Source: Paraspadella gotoi (Eukaryota; Animalia; Chaetognatha). From it: 64,000 bases of DNA. Below the pieces are notes generated by a model, which saw nothing but the letters and a program-made list of their open reading frames with translations, did no database searches and had not been told where the DNA came from. The stretch covers positions 12,275,676 to 12,339,675 of the forward strand of contig CM119270.1 of NCBI GenBank assembly GCA_051294375.1, read 5' to 3'. Of the stretch, positions 14,338-35,398 are shown in pieces (position 1 is the stretch's first letter; the number at the start of each line of letters is the position of its first letter). Made by a program: the position numbers and the translations under genes.

Positions 14338-15030
14338 AATCATAGAACTGACAAAAAAAATAAAGTATAATAAGCTAAGTAGAAAAAACACATTTATTCA
14401 AATGAAGATTTGATGATGAAGAAGAGGAAAATGATGAAAGCTTCATTTGATTCATTTTGGGTTTGGCTTTCGAGGCGACTTTCGTTTTTCTTCTTCGTCT
14501 TCATCTTCTTCGTCGTCGTCGTCGTAGTCGTCGCCTTATCAGCGTTGCCCAGATTTGCTAACGAGCCAAGATATCCCCGAAAATTGAGGGTCGACAGAGG
14601 GAGAGGGAGAAGAGGGAAAATGTGTGAGACAGCGAGAGAGTCAAAGAAGAGGAGAAGAGAGAAAGTAAGATTACAATCAATGGGAACATTTTGACTGCAT
14701 AAACAGTTGTATCTAAGCGTCAAGAGAATGTCTGATAACACAAAGGAAATAAAGGATTACTTACTCTTAATTCTTTTAATTACATTTTTAAGATCTCTGC
14801 TTTTGACGTTTAACCTCAGCTCTAGAATGAGGTTAAATTGTGGTATGTTAACAAAGATAAAGATTATAATGTGAGCTGTGATGGACAGGAAGCTTACCAA
14901 GTTGGAAAATAAATAAATTGGCGATTTTACAGACAATATATTAGAGTTTTACTTTAACAAACAATATAGAGTTTTTTTCTTAATTCTCTAACGTATTTCT
15001 CTCTCGTTTCTCTCTCTCTCTCTCTTTCTC

Positions 15031-15083
<53 letters not shown>

Positions 15084-15423
15084 TAGCCACATGCGCATTC
15101 GTCATTCATAGATCACGTGAACTCAGTAGAATCAATCCATCAAAGGATAGAGACTTGGGTGCCGCTGGTCCCCATCTCTCCACCCCCTTCTTAAATCTTC
15201 AACATAGCATTATCCACCTCACCCCTGACTTGTAAAACATGCCGCAAATTCGAGTCAAATGATTAGTAATTTATTCAATTTCATTAAAGATTATTGCTTA
15301 AACTATCACTCACTCTACTTAATTTTCCAAGTTTTTTTTTGCTCAGACTTGTTGGTTATATAAAATCTTTATCATTTTATTACTTACCTTTTATCGATTA
15401 TTAAAAATCGTCACCGTTAAATC

Positions 15424-15657
15424 TGAAGAGACAGTAATTATTGATAAGTGTTAATGACAGAACCGTTCAATATAAGCAGTCCCTGAGCTTCGGATCAGGC
15501 TGTAACACCATGTTACAGGCGGGTTAAGCGCCCCGTCCCTCTTAACTGCCAGACGACCACCGGGCTAGAACCCCGGACCTTTGGGTTGGGAGGCGAATGA
15601 CTTGCCTCCGGCACCAATGGCCGCTGATGAACGGTTGGTGGATTTTAGTCCACCATA
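15424..15657. mobile_element. 234-bp interspersed element, copy 1, with 4-bp TSD (AATC) and an internal tRNA-like segment
   Basis: Matches 35165-35398 except for 2 substitutions. AATC lies at 15420-15423 and 15658-15661. Termini are TGAAG...CCATA. Confidence 0.85.
15553..15624 (-). tRNA. tRNA-Gly(CCC)-like cloverleaf inside the 234-bp element (likely element-borne pseudo-tRNA / Pol III promoter)
   Basis: Minus strand GCGGCCA-TT-GGTGCCGGAGGCAAGTCA-TTCGC-CTCCCAA-CCCAA-AGGT-CCGGG-GTTCTAG-CCCGG-TGGTCGT. It has a 7-bp acceptor stem (2 G-U), a perfect T stem, a CCC anticodon loop and A/B-box-like motifs. The D and anticodon stems are imperfect. Confidence 0.55.
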
Positions 15658-15879
15658 AATCATTATTTATTAAATAGCTCACGAAAGCATATTTCCTTCG
15701 TCCAAACATTTCTTATTACAATTTTTGGCTCTCTCATTTTTTCGCTATTTTCTATGAATCAAAAAAGATTCACCCAAAGACGAACCCCCCCCTCAACGCT
15801 CATTCATCGACACCCATCCCTCTCTCTGTCTCTCCACGATCGCCTTTTCTGAGGTCTTAATGAAGGATAATCGGGAAAT

Positions 15880-16270
15880 GACGACGGAGGGCGCACCTGG
15901 CAACCGACCCTTGGCAACGCCTCGCTCTGGCCCTATCAACGGCCAAACGCCCCTAGCAACGCCCCTCGCGACGCCCACGCGAGTGCCTAACACGCTTGAG
16001 TCACGTGACTTTGAATCGGAGGCGAGATTCGGACGCGTGGTCAGAAGAGAAATTCAAGAAGCTACAATAGCTTGGTCTCCTCTCTCTCTCTCTCAATTGT
16101 GTTTAAATAGTAGCACCTTCGAAGAGCGCTTGTGATCCGACGGGAGCGAGGCACATCACCAATGAGTGGTAGAAGCTTCAAACAAATTACGTTATTTTAT
16201 TAGGAACCCGATAGACCGCCCAGATAGAATATTACTTTCGGCCAAAAGGCAACGGCCAATCGGCTGAGAG
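15880..16270. promoter_or_regulatory. CpG-rich promoter-like island upstream of KDM4
   Basis: Repeated (G/A)GCAAC RFX-like half sites (~15898, 15911, 15953, 16246), a palindromic E-box GTCACGTGAC at 16000-16009, CCAAT at ~16159 and 16256, and high CpG density in an AT-rich background. Confidence 0.4.
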
Positions 16271-17990
16271 TATTCCGTAGTTTTAGCTTACTAACATGGA
16301 ATATTATGTACATGTAATGGATTAAGTAATATTTGACGAAATTTTAGCCTCATTTGAGTAAATATATTAAAATATAATTACAAATTTACCACAAACTCCT
16401 AGATAAAAAGTAGTTCGGAACTCTCACATGAAACATGATGTAACATTTTCGAAATCATTTGTTTTTAAAAAACGTTCACGAATTTTTTAAAATCTTGATT
16501 AATAGAGGGCATTAACAGTTAGAGGTAATAAAACAAAAGACAGCTTAATTTCTACAAATGACAAAAATAAATAATATTAGTATTAGAATAGATTAACTGG
16601 TTAACAAAATAAAATAATGACCAGGCTATAATAAAAATATTTACTGTAATCATAAAACCATTTTAATATATTCTGAAATGAGTGAACCAATGCAAAAAAA
16701 AAAAGATTACATGAGTTGGCAAAAATTAGAAACGAATCAGCTCTAAAATATTCACTTTGGTTGCTTCGATTCGAATGTTGATATTACCAATGATCAATGA
16801 TAGTATAAATGATACTAATAATAATTAATATCGCTTACACTGATTTCTCAGCTAAGAATGATTAATTTAAAGCGTCAAACAATAACAAAACGAAAATTTC
16901 ATAAGCCTTTTACTTTATGCAAACCTCTGTGACTGCTAACAATAAAAAAACGATTACAAATAGCTGGTAATTAAAGTTGACTCTGGCTTGAGCCTTGCTT
17001 TTGGCTGACATTTTTTGTTCATTTCCCGTTGCTTTGCTTTGGTAGAGTCTTTCTTATCTGAACCACATTCCTCTCAGAAACGTCACGATTCTGATCGACC
17101 AATCAAAGCAAAGGTTTAGTGTTTTTGCATGTTTCACCAGCTAATCAGATTCTTGCTTTCGGGTTCACTCAGTCATGTTTTCGTGCTTTTTTTCTTTATA
17201 TGCTTTTCGTGCATTTCCCAATACATGAAAGAGTACAATTCTTTTCATATACTTAAAGCCTATGAAAAAAGCTTACAAATAACAAAATATAACTGTTTAC
17301 GTGGAAAGTGAGGTCACTTTGAAAAAAAACGAAAAGATGGTAAAGAATGTAAAAGAAGCGTGAGAGAACTACTTTCTTCAGCGTGCGTCTGTCGCGGATG
17401 GATTTGTTTGAAGGGTCCAAAATGGAGACGTTAATTGTCTAATACTAATAACAATGTTATGAAGCAGTTTTTACGCTTTTTAGATTTCTATCGCTTTAAT
17501 CACCTTTGTAATTCATTGTTATTGTAGGTTCTCATCATGAGGAGACCTTTTTTCGTGCTAATCTTCGAGAAATTAGCTCCTAAATGAACTTTTACATTCG
17601 ACCATTTTTCCACAACTCTCGGGCGTTCTGTTGTTTTCGTAGTTTCATCTCGTTTGAACATGTCTTCCACAATTAATGCAAAGACATCTAAACCCATATT
17701 TTTGTATTATTTAACGATTACTTAAGTTGCTTTCTGGTTAGTAAATTTGGCGAAATTTAAAATTTCAAGAAACTTATACGATATTATTCGCGTAACGAAC
17801 CTGTATACAAGAAAACAAATGTTTTAGAAGAATAATGAGTATACCTTTAATTATTTAAAACTTGTTGATTTGTCAAATTGTTTGAATAAAAGTGCATATT
17901 TATTCAGATTTGGCGGATGTCATGTTATTATTTCATTGTCCTAAATGTTAATTTTTGAGGTTGGAGTTTAACTCCTGCTTCGCAGCCACA

Positions 17991-27825
<9,835 letters not shown>

Positions 27826-29535
27826 ACTCGAGGCGATCGATTGGCGCACGAGGCTACGACGGTCTCCAGCAAGTCATAACCTCGCGTAGAGACTGGCGAA
27901 TCCACAGACATTTTTGTTCACCGTAGATTCGTTCAAATCGATCTTCCCGCTCTCCCTTTTCCCCCACAACAACAACCCTCCTTCCCTCTCTCCCCCAGAC
28001 CCCCCCCCCCAATCACCCGCTCTGCCCTTATGCTCTCGGAAATTGTGTACAAAGAAATCGATCGTGACTGAGAGACTTAAAGAAACTCTGTCCAATCACG
28101 TCGAAGGAGTCGCCTCCAATAATCCAGTCTTTTTACTCCTTTTATTTTGGTTTTGTGTTTTTTTTTCTTTTTTTCTAATCTCAAGCTTTTGTGGGTTTGT
28201 CAATATTTTAATAATTCCACCGGATTTTTCTCCCTACCAGAAAAGGAATTGTTGCTGGATCCATTGTTGTACAATGTACATTTTGTTTTTGCACCGTGTC
28301 ATCTCAAGTTTTTTGGTACTATCGCATACCCAAAGAATGAATTTTTCTTTTGCATAAGAAAATGATTCAAAATACGGCATAGACGCCCCAATCGGGGACT
28401 TAGTTTTAATATTTCAGCATTTTATCAGCCAATTTCCAGCTCGAGTTTTTATTGTTTTTTTTTTTGGATTTTCGATCCAACCAAAATTAAAATCAACTTC
28501 ACATCGATTCATAATTTATCACGTTGTTCACGAATAAAATTTTCCTTGTATGATGAAATATATTCATTAAAAATTGCGGCTTTTAATTTTGTCCCTAATT
28601 TAGCGCAAATTTAAGTTAGCTTCCTAATTATCTTAATGTATCTAGCGCGAAATGAATGACTTATCATTAAAGTAGTTCTAATTCCGTCTCGATGAATTTC
28701 GCGAGAAGTCTCTCTCTCTCTCCAGTCTGAAAGCCAATTCTTTCTTTATATTTTATTGGACGTCTGTGCTGTCATAATTACTTTTTTTTATCTTTAATTC
28801 ATTAATTTTGTTTTTTCGATCGAATTGGATCGAAGCAGAGTTGTCGCATTAACTGAACAAGTTTATTCCTGACCAAGATTAATTATTAAGTTGTATTTAC
28901 TTGGTTCTCAGAGAGCACGCGGCGGAACGACTTGGTAAGCAGCTGCGGCGTAGATATGGGATATTGGGGTGAGGGGAATTAATCAAATAAGAATTTCCAT
29001 TTCTTTTCGGGAGCCAAGTGACTTCCGCTCCGCATTTTATAATTCCTTTCTTAAAGCCTCGAGATTTTACGTATTTTATTACAAAATCGTAAGATGGACA
29101 GGTTAGATTAAAAAAAATTGTTTTTTGTTCGTCCTAATGCCTTGAAAGAGTTTGCCTTTCTTGTCTTCCCGAACAAGCGAATATGAAAGTATGAAACTGA
29201 AGTCAGTCATAAAGATTTTTTTTCAGTGAGGAAAATTGATGACATTCCGGTTTTGTTCGAGAGCATATCTTCGTTTCGTCAAGGCTTTATCGAAATATAA
29301 TTCGAAAAAATGTTTTTTTAATTTTCCACGATCAAATCAATATTTTGCGGTTCAAACAATTTCAAAAAGGTGACGAAGATCATTTTAAATTTTATTTCTG
29401 AGTTATTCCTTATTCGATACTTCATTCCATTCTTTGCAGAATGGACACCGCCTTTTATTCGTTATTGGTTGATCCATGTCTTTTCACACCTAAATTTTTC
29501 ACCCTCCGTCAGAACCGACCCAAGGACGTAATAAG

Positions 29536-32500
29536 ATGGGGAACGATTCTTCATCTCCGATTCCCCCGCCCCCCTCCGATGAATTTCCACTCTTTTCAAT
29601 CACCTTCACCGGAACAATGGGTATATTTTATTCGACTTGATTCTTGAAAGTAATATTTAAATATATCTAACTTAAATTTATTTAAAAATGTTTTGATTCG
29701 GATATCAATAAAATTTTAAAATAACGTATTCAAATCGTTTTAATTTATATTCGTCTTAAAGGTTTACAAAATGTTGTTTTTCCTATGATCAGTCCGCGAC
29801 TCTCTCTACCTTCATTACTGTCAACAAACGGAAATAGCGATCATCTTGGACAGCATCAGGGAAAATTATCCACCGGGAATCGCGTCGCACGAACCCATGG
29901 TCATGTTTATTTATTTTACGTTATGTACAATTTTTTTAAGTGATGTAAAATACTGCAAGGTTTATTTGGGATGGAAGACTGTATCTAGTGCATCCTGTAT
30001 GTGCCAGATAATCCTCTATGAATGTTCACTGTTTCATGGATATTAAAATACAGAATTGGAAAATCCTTTTGCAATCTGCAATAAGAGTAACTTAATGTTC
30101 CATTCAACAGGTCGAGTTCGGTTACAAAATCAAACTTAATGGGTCACCCTTTGAAAATGTCAGGGCTGGCGGAACATCCGAGGCGATTTGGTCTAGAAAG
30201 TTTCTGGCGGATGTTTTTCTAAAACTGGGAAGAAGTGGTGAGCTCGGCCTTAAATAAGGTTGTGAAAGTTTAAATTATTTTTTAATTGATAGTTTATGTA
30301 TAATATACATTGTATGCAGCATTCAAATAAATAGTAAGAGTACAAAAAGTTAAACATAAAAAATGCCACGATATATTTTAAGCAGCGAAATCTGCAAAGG
30401 TTTTGTTACGATCCTCTTCCTACTAATACTTATCAGGTTGGGTCCCACTGGTCGCCTCGGACCTTCGACGCGCCGGCGACACGGCCACGATCTTCATGGA
30501 GCGCAAACCGGAAATGGCCAAAATCTTCGAAGACTCCAGCTGCCTCGCCGTCGTCGGCCTCCACGACTCATCGGAACTGCAGCTTCTCAACATCGACGAT
30601 GGATTGGTGAGAGAGGGGAAGTCGGACGAGATATTGATGAATGATGATGCGTGATTGGTCGATCGATTGATATATATATTGACTAAATTGTGATTACTTT
30701 TTGTTGGATCGTCGTCTGATTATCATTATCATTGAAATAATATGACCGAATTAGTTGGTGGTTTGATTTCTGTTTGGCCATTTGAATTTTTATTACCTTT
30801 GCAAATAGATGATTGTTCATTTTAATCCTCGCGTGATTAATGATTGGCAAAGGGATAAAGGTTGATTGATTGGTGATTAGCGCTCGGATTTGAACTTGCT
30901 AAAGGTTAAGAGTGTTTTGACGGGGACTACTGAATCATGATAAATGGGGATCGCTTTGTCTGAAAATAATCTCGTTGTTGTACAAATGGTTGGCGAGGAA
31001 TTTATTTTCAATGGACGATCTTACTCTTAGAAACATTTCTTCACAATTAAAGGTTCGTCTTTTGTTCGAATTCGTGTCAAAATCCTGGCACAAAAAAGTT
31101 ACGATGAAGGAAAAAAGAACGGACAAGAAAAACAAATTCGAACCCATTACAATTACGGTGAATGTAATACTATTGTCTTTGTACTTGTTACTAAATCTAA
31201 AATAATGAAAAGAATTTAAAAAAAGGCATTTGCCACAAAAGTTTACGCTCAGAAGAGGAAACAAGAATTGGAAGCCAAAATCTCCCCCTGAAGAATAGTT
31301 GTCATTCCATTTCAGGTCTTTGAAATGGATGGAAGTCCGTGGGGTTTTACCACGAGCGAGAGGGAGGCAGTTTACGGACGTCTCGCCGTTCTCAGGATCA
31401 TTGAAACTATGGCCAGTCAGGTCGGTCGGTAGATTGGTGTAAGCTTTAGACTTTAGTGATATTTTGAGAAATTTCGTTACAAGTTTTCATGCTCATTGTC
31501 AAACTTTTGTCGGAGACAATATCGTGGACAATCTCAAAGACTCTAAACTTAGCGATGCATATTATTATTAATCATTGTCTACTTGATTCGTGTTTATTTA
31601 TGAAATTGGTACAACCAATATAAAAATTATCCATTTATTTATTAAATAAGCTATCTTGCCCCTGACTTTGGACAGGCTTTGGTGGTTTAAGGCCTCCATC
31701 ACTCTTACAAGATAATTACATAGCAGGTCCCTGCAAGCTTTCAATCAAGACTCTCTCACAGTCCCGTTTATTCACTCCCAGAGTACCTGGCTTCCCTATC
31801 AATGAAGTGGAAAATATTTCAAAGAATGTTTCAATTGTATGAAAAGACCACTCCCTTATATTATTGTTTCCCTTTCAGCCCAGTGAGCATCGTGTGTTTA
31901 TTATCATAGAAAGTACGAAAGTTCGAAACGGTGGCACTGGCCGTGTTGCAATTCCATTTCATTAACAAAAACAAAAGAGCTATATGTACAACATCCGAAA
32001 TATATTTCGTTTGAACGCCCAGGGTTGGCGCCTCATCCTCAACTGCAACATCCGCCCGACAACGGACACGTTGTTCTTCGTGAGGGACCCCTCTGCGTCG
32101 GCGACGGAACGCCCTGGCGCCGTCAATATGTTCAGCTTGGGTCTGCATAAGATGGATGAGCTTAGGATCGTCGGTAGGACGCGCTGTGTTCTTTTGTTCC
32201 TTGTTAAATCTTTATTAGCACATCTACTGCCGTTTCCAACAGGTGGTGGTGGTGATGTGACCAACGACAAAACTTGGCAACGCTCCGTTGTTGAAGCTTT
32301 GTCCGCAGTCATCAGGAATTTTTGGCCAGGCGGTCTCAAACGCTTGGAGCAAAAGGCGAGTCGATTTTAAAGCCATCAAGAATGACAAATGTGTTTTTTT
32401 CTATCAATCAATTTGACCAATCAAGTCGGGCAATTCTATGAATAAAAATGTTCTAATCGATTAAATCAAATGTAATTTTTGCAATTATTTCTATCAATCT

Positions 32501-33715
32501 ATCAATTCTAACGAATCAATTAATGAAAGTCATGATTCTTCAAATCGTCAGGAGGATTTTTACGCTTTGGAGATGAACGGGACGCCGTTGTGGGCGGATG
32601 GCACCGATGCGGTCCAAGCTCGTCTCATGTTTGCCAAGGTTCTCTTCGCATTTCGGGGTGCGATGCCTGGTTAATCCCTTCTTATCTTTCTCAATCGCTT
32701 CAGATCTTCGAAGTTCTGATGTCTCTCGGTTGGACGGTGAAGACGACGATCGATTGCTCGAGAAAAGATCACGACAAAAACTCCTGCTTCTTCGAAAGAT
32801 GCAATCCTATCCGGGCCGACGTCGTCGTCGTGAGTTTTTCTTCCTTTTCCTTGCCGTCGATCTGACTGTACTTTTGCGGTAGGAATTCGAGACCCGCCAC
32901 TCGTCCGAGAATCGAGAGAATAAGCAGGACCATTGGGGCTGGCTGTTGCACCTGTTCCTATCCAAAGCGAAGGACTCTGGTGCGCGCCCTGCTAAATTAA
33001 GACAATGCTGGCTGTGTCTTGTCCGAGATTATAAATCTTGCGTGCAACGAAAGAACAACTTGCTCGCAGCATTATCAATTAAATACTTTGCGATCGAGAT
33101 TTCGATACTTGTACTCAATCCCCAATTTTTCCCGCGCTTCAGTTGAGCTTCAGCGAGGCCGACAAGATCCGCGCCATTAACTGCCCCAAGGATTTGGTGG
33201 AGAACATCGACGAGGCGATTAACCGGCAATGGGTCGTCCTGGGTCGACGGAAGTACGGGGCGTCGGAGGAATGGCGGCTCAAGGGAAACCCGTGGGACTG
33301 GGGACATTGGCAAAACAAAGGTCGGTCAAACAATGAATTGATGGGTATGTTGAATTATGTGGGTATGTGTTTGTTTCTCAATGTTCTCAATTTTATGTGA
33401 AATAGTTGCAAGAGTGAAGACTTGAAATTGTTTTCTTGTACTCCCTGCATGAAATATGTATTTATATTGTATAATGTACATATCAATTAATTTTTAGCTC
33501 TCGCCATAAATTTGCTGTACGTGCTCAATCGAAGCGGGTACGTGCTGCTTTGCTCAGTGGATACGTCAGCGAATTACGTGCGCCAAGACAGCGGACCGGA
33601 TTATCCGTTGGACGTTCACTCTTGGTACCTGATCACGAAAGAGGCACAAGCTGCACTAAGGTCTCACGCCATTGCCGCAAAGTTAATTCCCATTATTGTA
33701 CAAACTTTCAATTAA
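29536..33715 (+). CDS. Uncharacterised protein with four tandem ~110-aa repeats and an N-terminal myristoylation motif, 12 coding exons, ~531 aa
   Basis: Exons 29536-29620, 29793-29899, 30111-30237, 30437-30606, 31053-31157, 31316-31420, 32023-32173, 32243-32355 (GC donor), 32552-32638, 32704-32829, 33143-33344 and 33498-33715 join into one ORF of 1,596 nt. It starts MGNDSSSP. Repeat hallmarks are IKLNGSPF/FEMDGSPW/LEMNGTPL/WRLKGNPW, each followed by a helix and GWVPL/GWRLI/GWTVK/GYVLL. It ends ...DTSANYVRQDSGPDYPLDVHSWYL... A probable non-coding exon donor lies at ~28934. Confidence 0.8.
31601..31808. repeat. ~208-bp short interspersed repeat (longest copy), intronic; relatives at 27230-27310 and 61075-61139
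   Basis: Shared core AAGCTATCTTGCCCCTGACTTTG and terminal hairpin ATTGG-TACAA-CCAAT. Confidence 0.7.
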
Positions 33716-34323
33716 ACTGGAGCTCCATTAAATGTGAATACTGAATTTGGTGAATGTTTATTGGCTTGGAATTTAATCTTTTTATTATAAAAGGCCATTT
33801 CGCGAGTCGAACTTTCACAACGCTGATTGGAATCACATCACAGCTATGATAGTGGATAAAGTAAATTCGTTTTAATTTGATATGAAAAATAGCTGTCCTG
33901 AATTCTTGTTAACTATAAATATTCTAAATTCATATGTTTAAATAGACTAACAGACCTATCCACTATATATTATATAACTATCCAATATATAATTAATTCC
34001 ATCTAATTCTTAAACTTTACCTCGAACTGAAAAAAAATTAAACATAAATATATTTTCGACCACCGATTTTATTTTTACCATTGTTAAAACAAAACATGTA
34101 AAAAATGTATTGACTAATTGATTGACTAAAAAATATATTAGTAATCCAGAGCGAGATTTTTAGTTTTGTTAGTGTCTCAAAATGCAGGTTAATTTTCAAA
34201 AACGAAATAAATTTGTTCTTAAGTTGTTAAAAAACAAAAGAATAGAAAATTTTACAATTGGGCTGAGCATGCCGAGATGTAATCCCCTAAAAAATCAAAT
34301 TTTCATGTGTCAATAATGTGACT

Positions 34324-34877
34324 TCAAAATAGAGGATTTCGCGACTTCGATTTCGACGATTTCGCCATCACAGCTCCGTGCACCAACTCATACCTGTCGG
34401 TGGCCGGCGAATCGAACAGATTTCCCTTCAAATCCCCGCGGAACAGCTCCGCCACGGAAAGAACCCTGTCCCACATCTGGAACCCGCACAGTTGGCCGAT
34501 GAACCTCTCCTCAGGGTGGAAGCCGCCGCCAACGAGGTCCTGATCCTGACCCAAGATCATGGTGCTGCCCTTCAGAACCCTCTCCCCGAATTTTCCGTTC
34601 TCGTAAGTGACGGTGACGCCGGTGACGCGGGTGACAAAATTCCAAGGGATGGTCAGACGCTCCGTGATTCCCGGAGTGGATTTCAACACGAACTGATACT
34701 TGCGAGGGCCCAGGTTTAAATGATTCGTGTCCTTCTCATGGGCCCAGCTCAGGAATAACGGTCTCTTTGTTTTCTTTTTCATCGTAAACTTAACATCGAG
34801 GGTTTTTGTGGTGAGTTTCCCTCGCTTGAGCGGGTGGGCGTCGTTTTTGGACTCGGGGAAGTTGAAGCAAGTCGGAG
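34324..34877 (-). CDS. Pentraxin-domain protein, terminal exon (upstream exons unresolved)
   Basis: The acceptor TTTTTTAG ends at 34878. The exon reads PTCFNFPE...LFLSWAHEKDTNHL...TYENG...MILGQDQDLVGGGFHPEERFIGQLCGFQMWDRVLS...GNLFD, which matches the pentraxin C-terminal signature (LGQEQD.GG.F....F.G.L..F..WD.VLS). The stop is at 34324-34326. A candidate signal-peptide exon MTLIIGCHSRLLLLFHLF with a GTAAGA donor lies at 36149-36203, minus strand. Confidence 0.75.
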
Positions 34878-35164
34878 CTAAAAAAGGGGTGAGAAAGGGA
34901 ATTCCTTTCTATTGACTATGTCATTTCCTACGATGGTATAACTTTTAAAAAAAATTAATGAAATGATTTTTGTATATATAATAGAAGCAGACAAATGCCT
35001 ATTCCCGAGCGCGATTAAACACTACATACTACATACAAATACTTGTCAATCTCAGGCCTCTTAAACATTAGAAAAGCAGAGTGTAATTTTTTCGCGCTTT
35101 TCTCTGTTGAGTTGATTCGATCAAGCGATTGAATAACAAATTCATGATGAATCGGCCTACAAGT

Positions 35165-35398
35165 TGAAGAGACAGTAATTATTGATAAGTGTTAATGACA
35201 GAACCGTTCAATATAAGCAGTCCCTGAGCTTCGGATCAGGCTGTAACACCATGTTACAGGCGGGTTAAGCGCCCCGTCCCTCTTAACTGCCAGACGACCA
35301 CCGGGCAAGAACCCCGGACCTTTGGCTTGGGAGGCGAATGACTTGCCTCCGGCACCAATGGCCGCTGATGAACGGTTGGTGGATTTTAGTCCACCATA
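35165..35398. mobile_element. 234-bp interspersed element, copy 2, with 4-bp TSD (AAGT); tRNA-Gly-like part at 35294-35365, minus strand
   Basis: 232 of 234 bases identical to 15424-15657. AAGT lies at 35161-35164 and 35399-35402. Confidence 0.85.

Noticed and set aside
15553-15624. Functional cytosolic tRNA-Gly gene
   Set aside because: The anticodon and D stems are mismatched, the T-loop is non-canonical (GTTCTAG/GTTCTTG), no oligo-T terminator follows, and it is embedded in a TSD-flanked repeat.
15624-15657. CTGATGA in the 234-bp element as a hammerhead core (retrozyme)
   Set aside because: No downstream GAAA or stem II closure is present, even if the element is circularised end to start.
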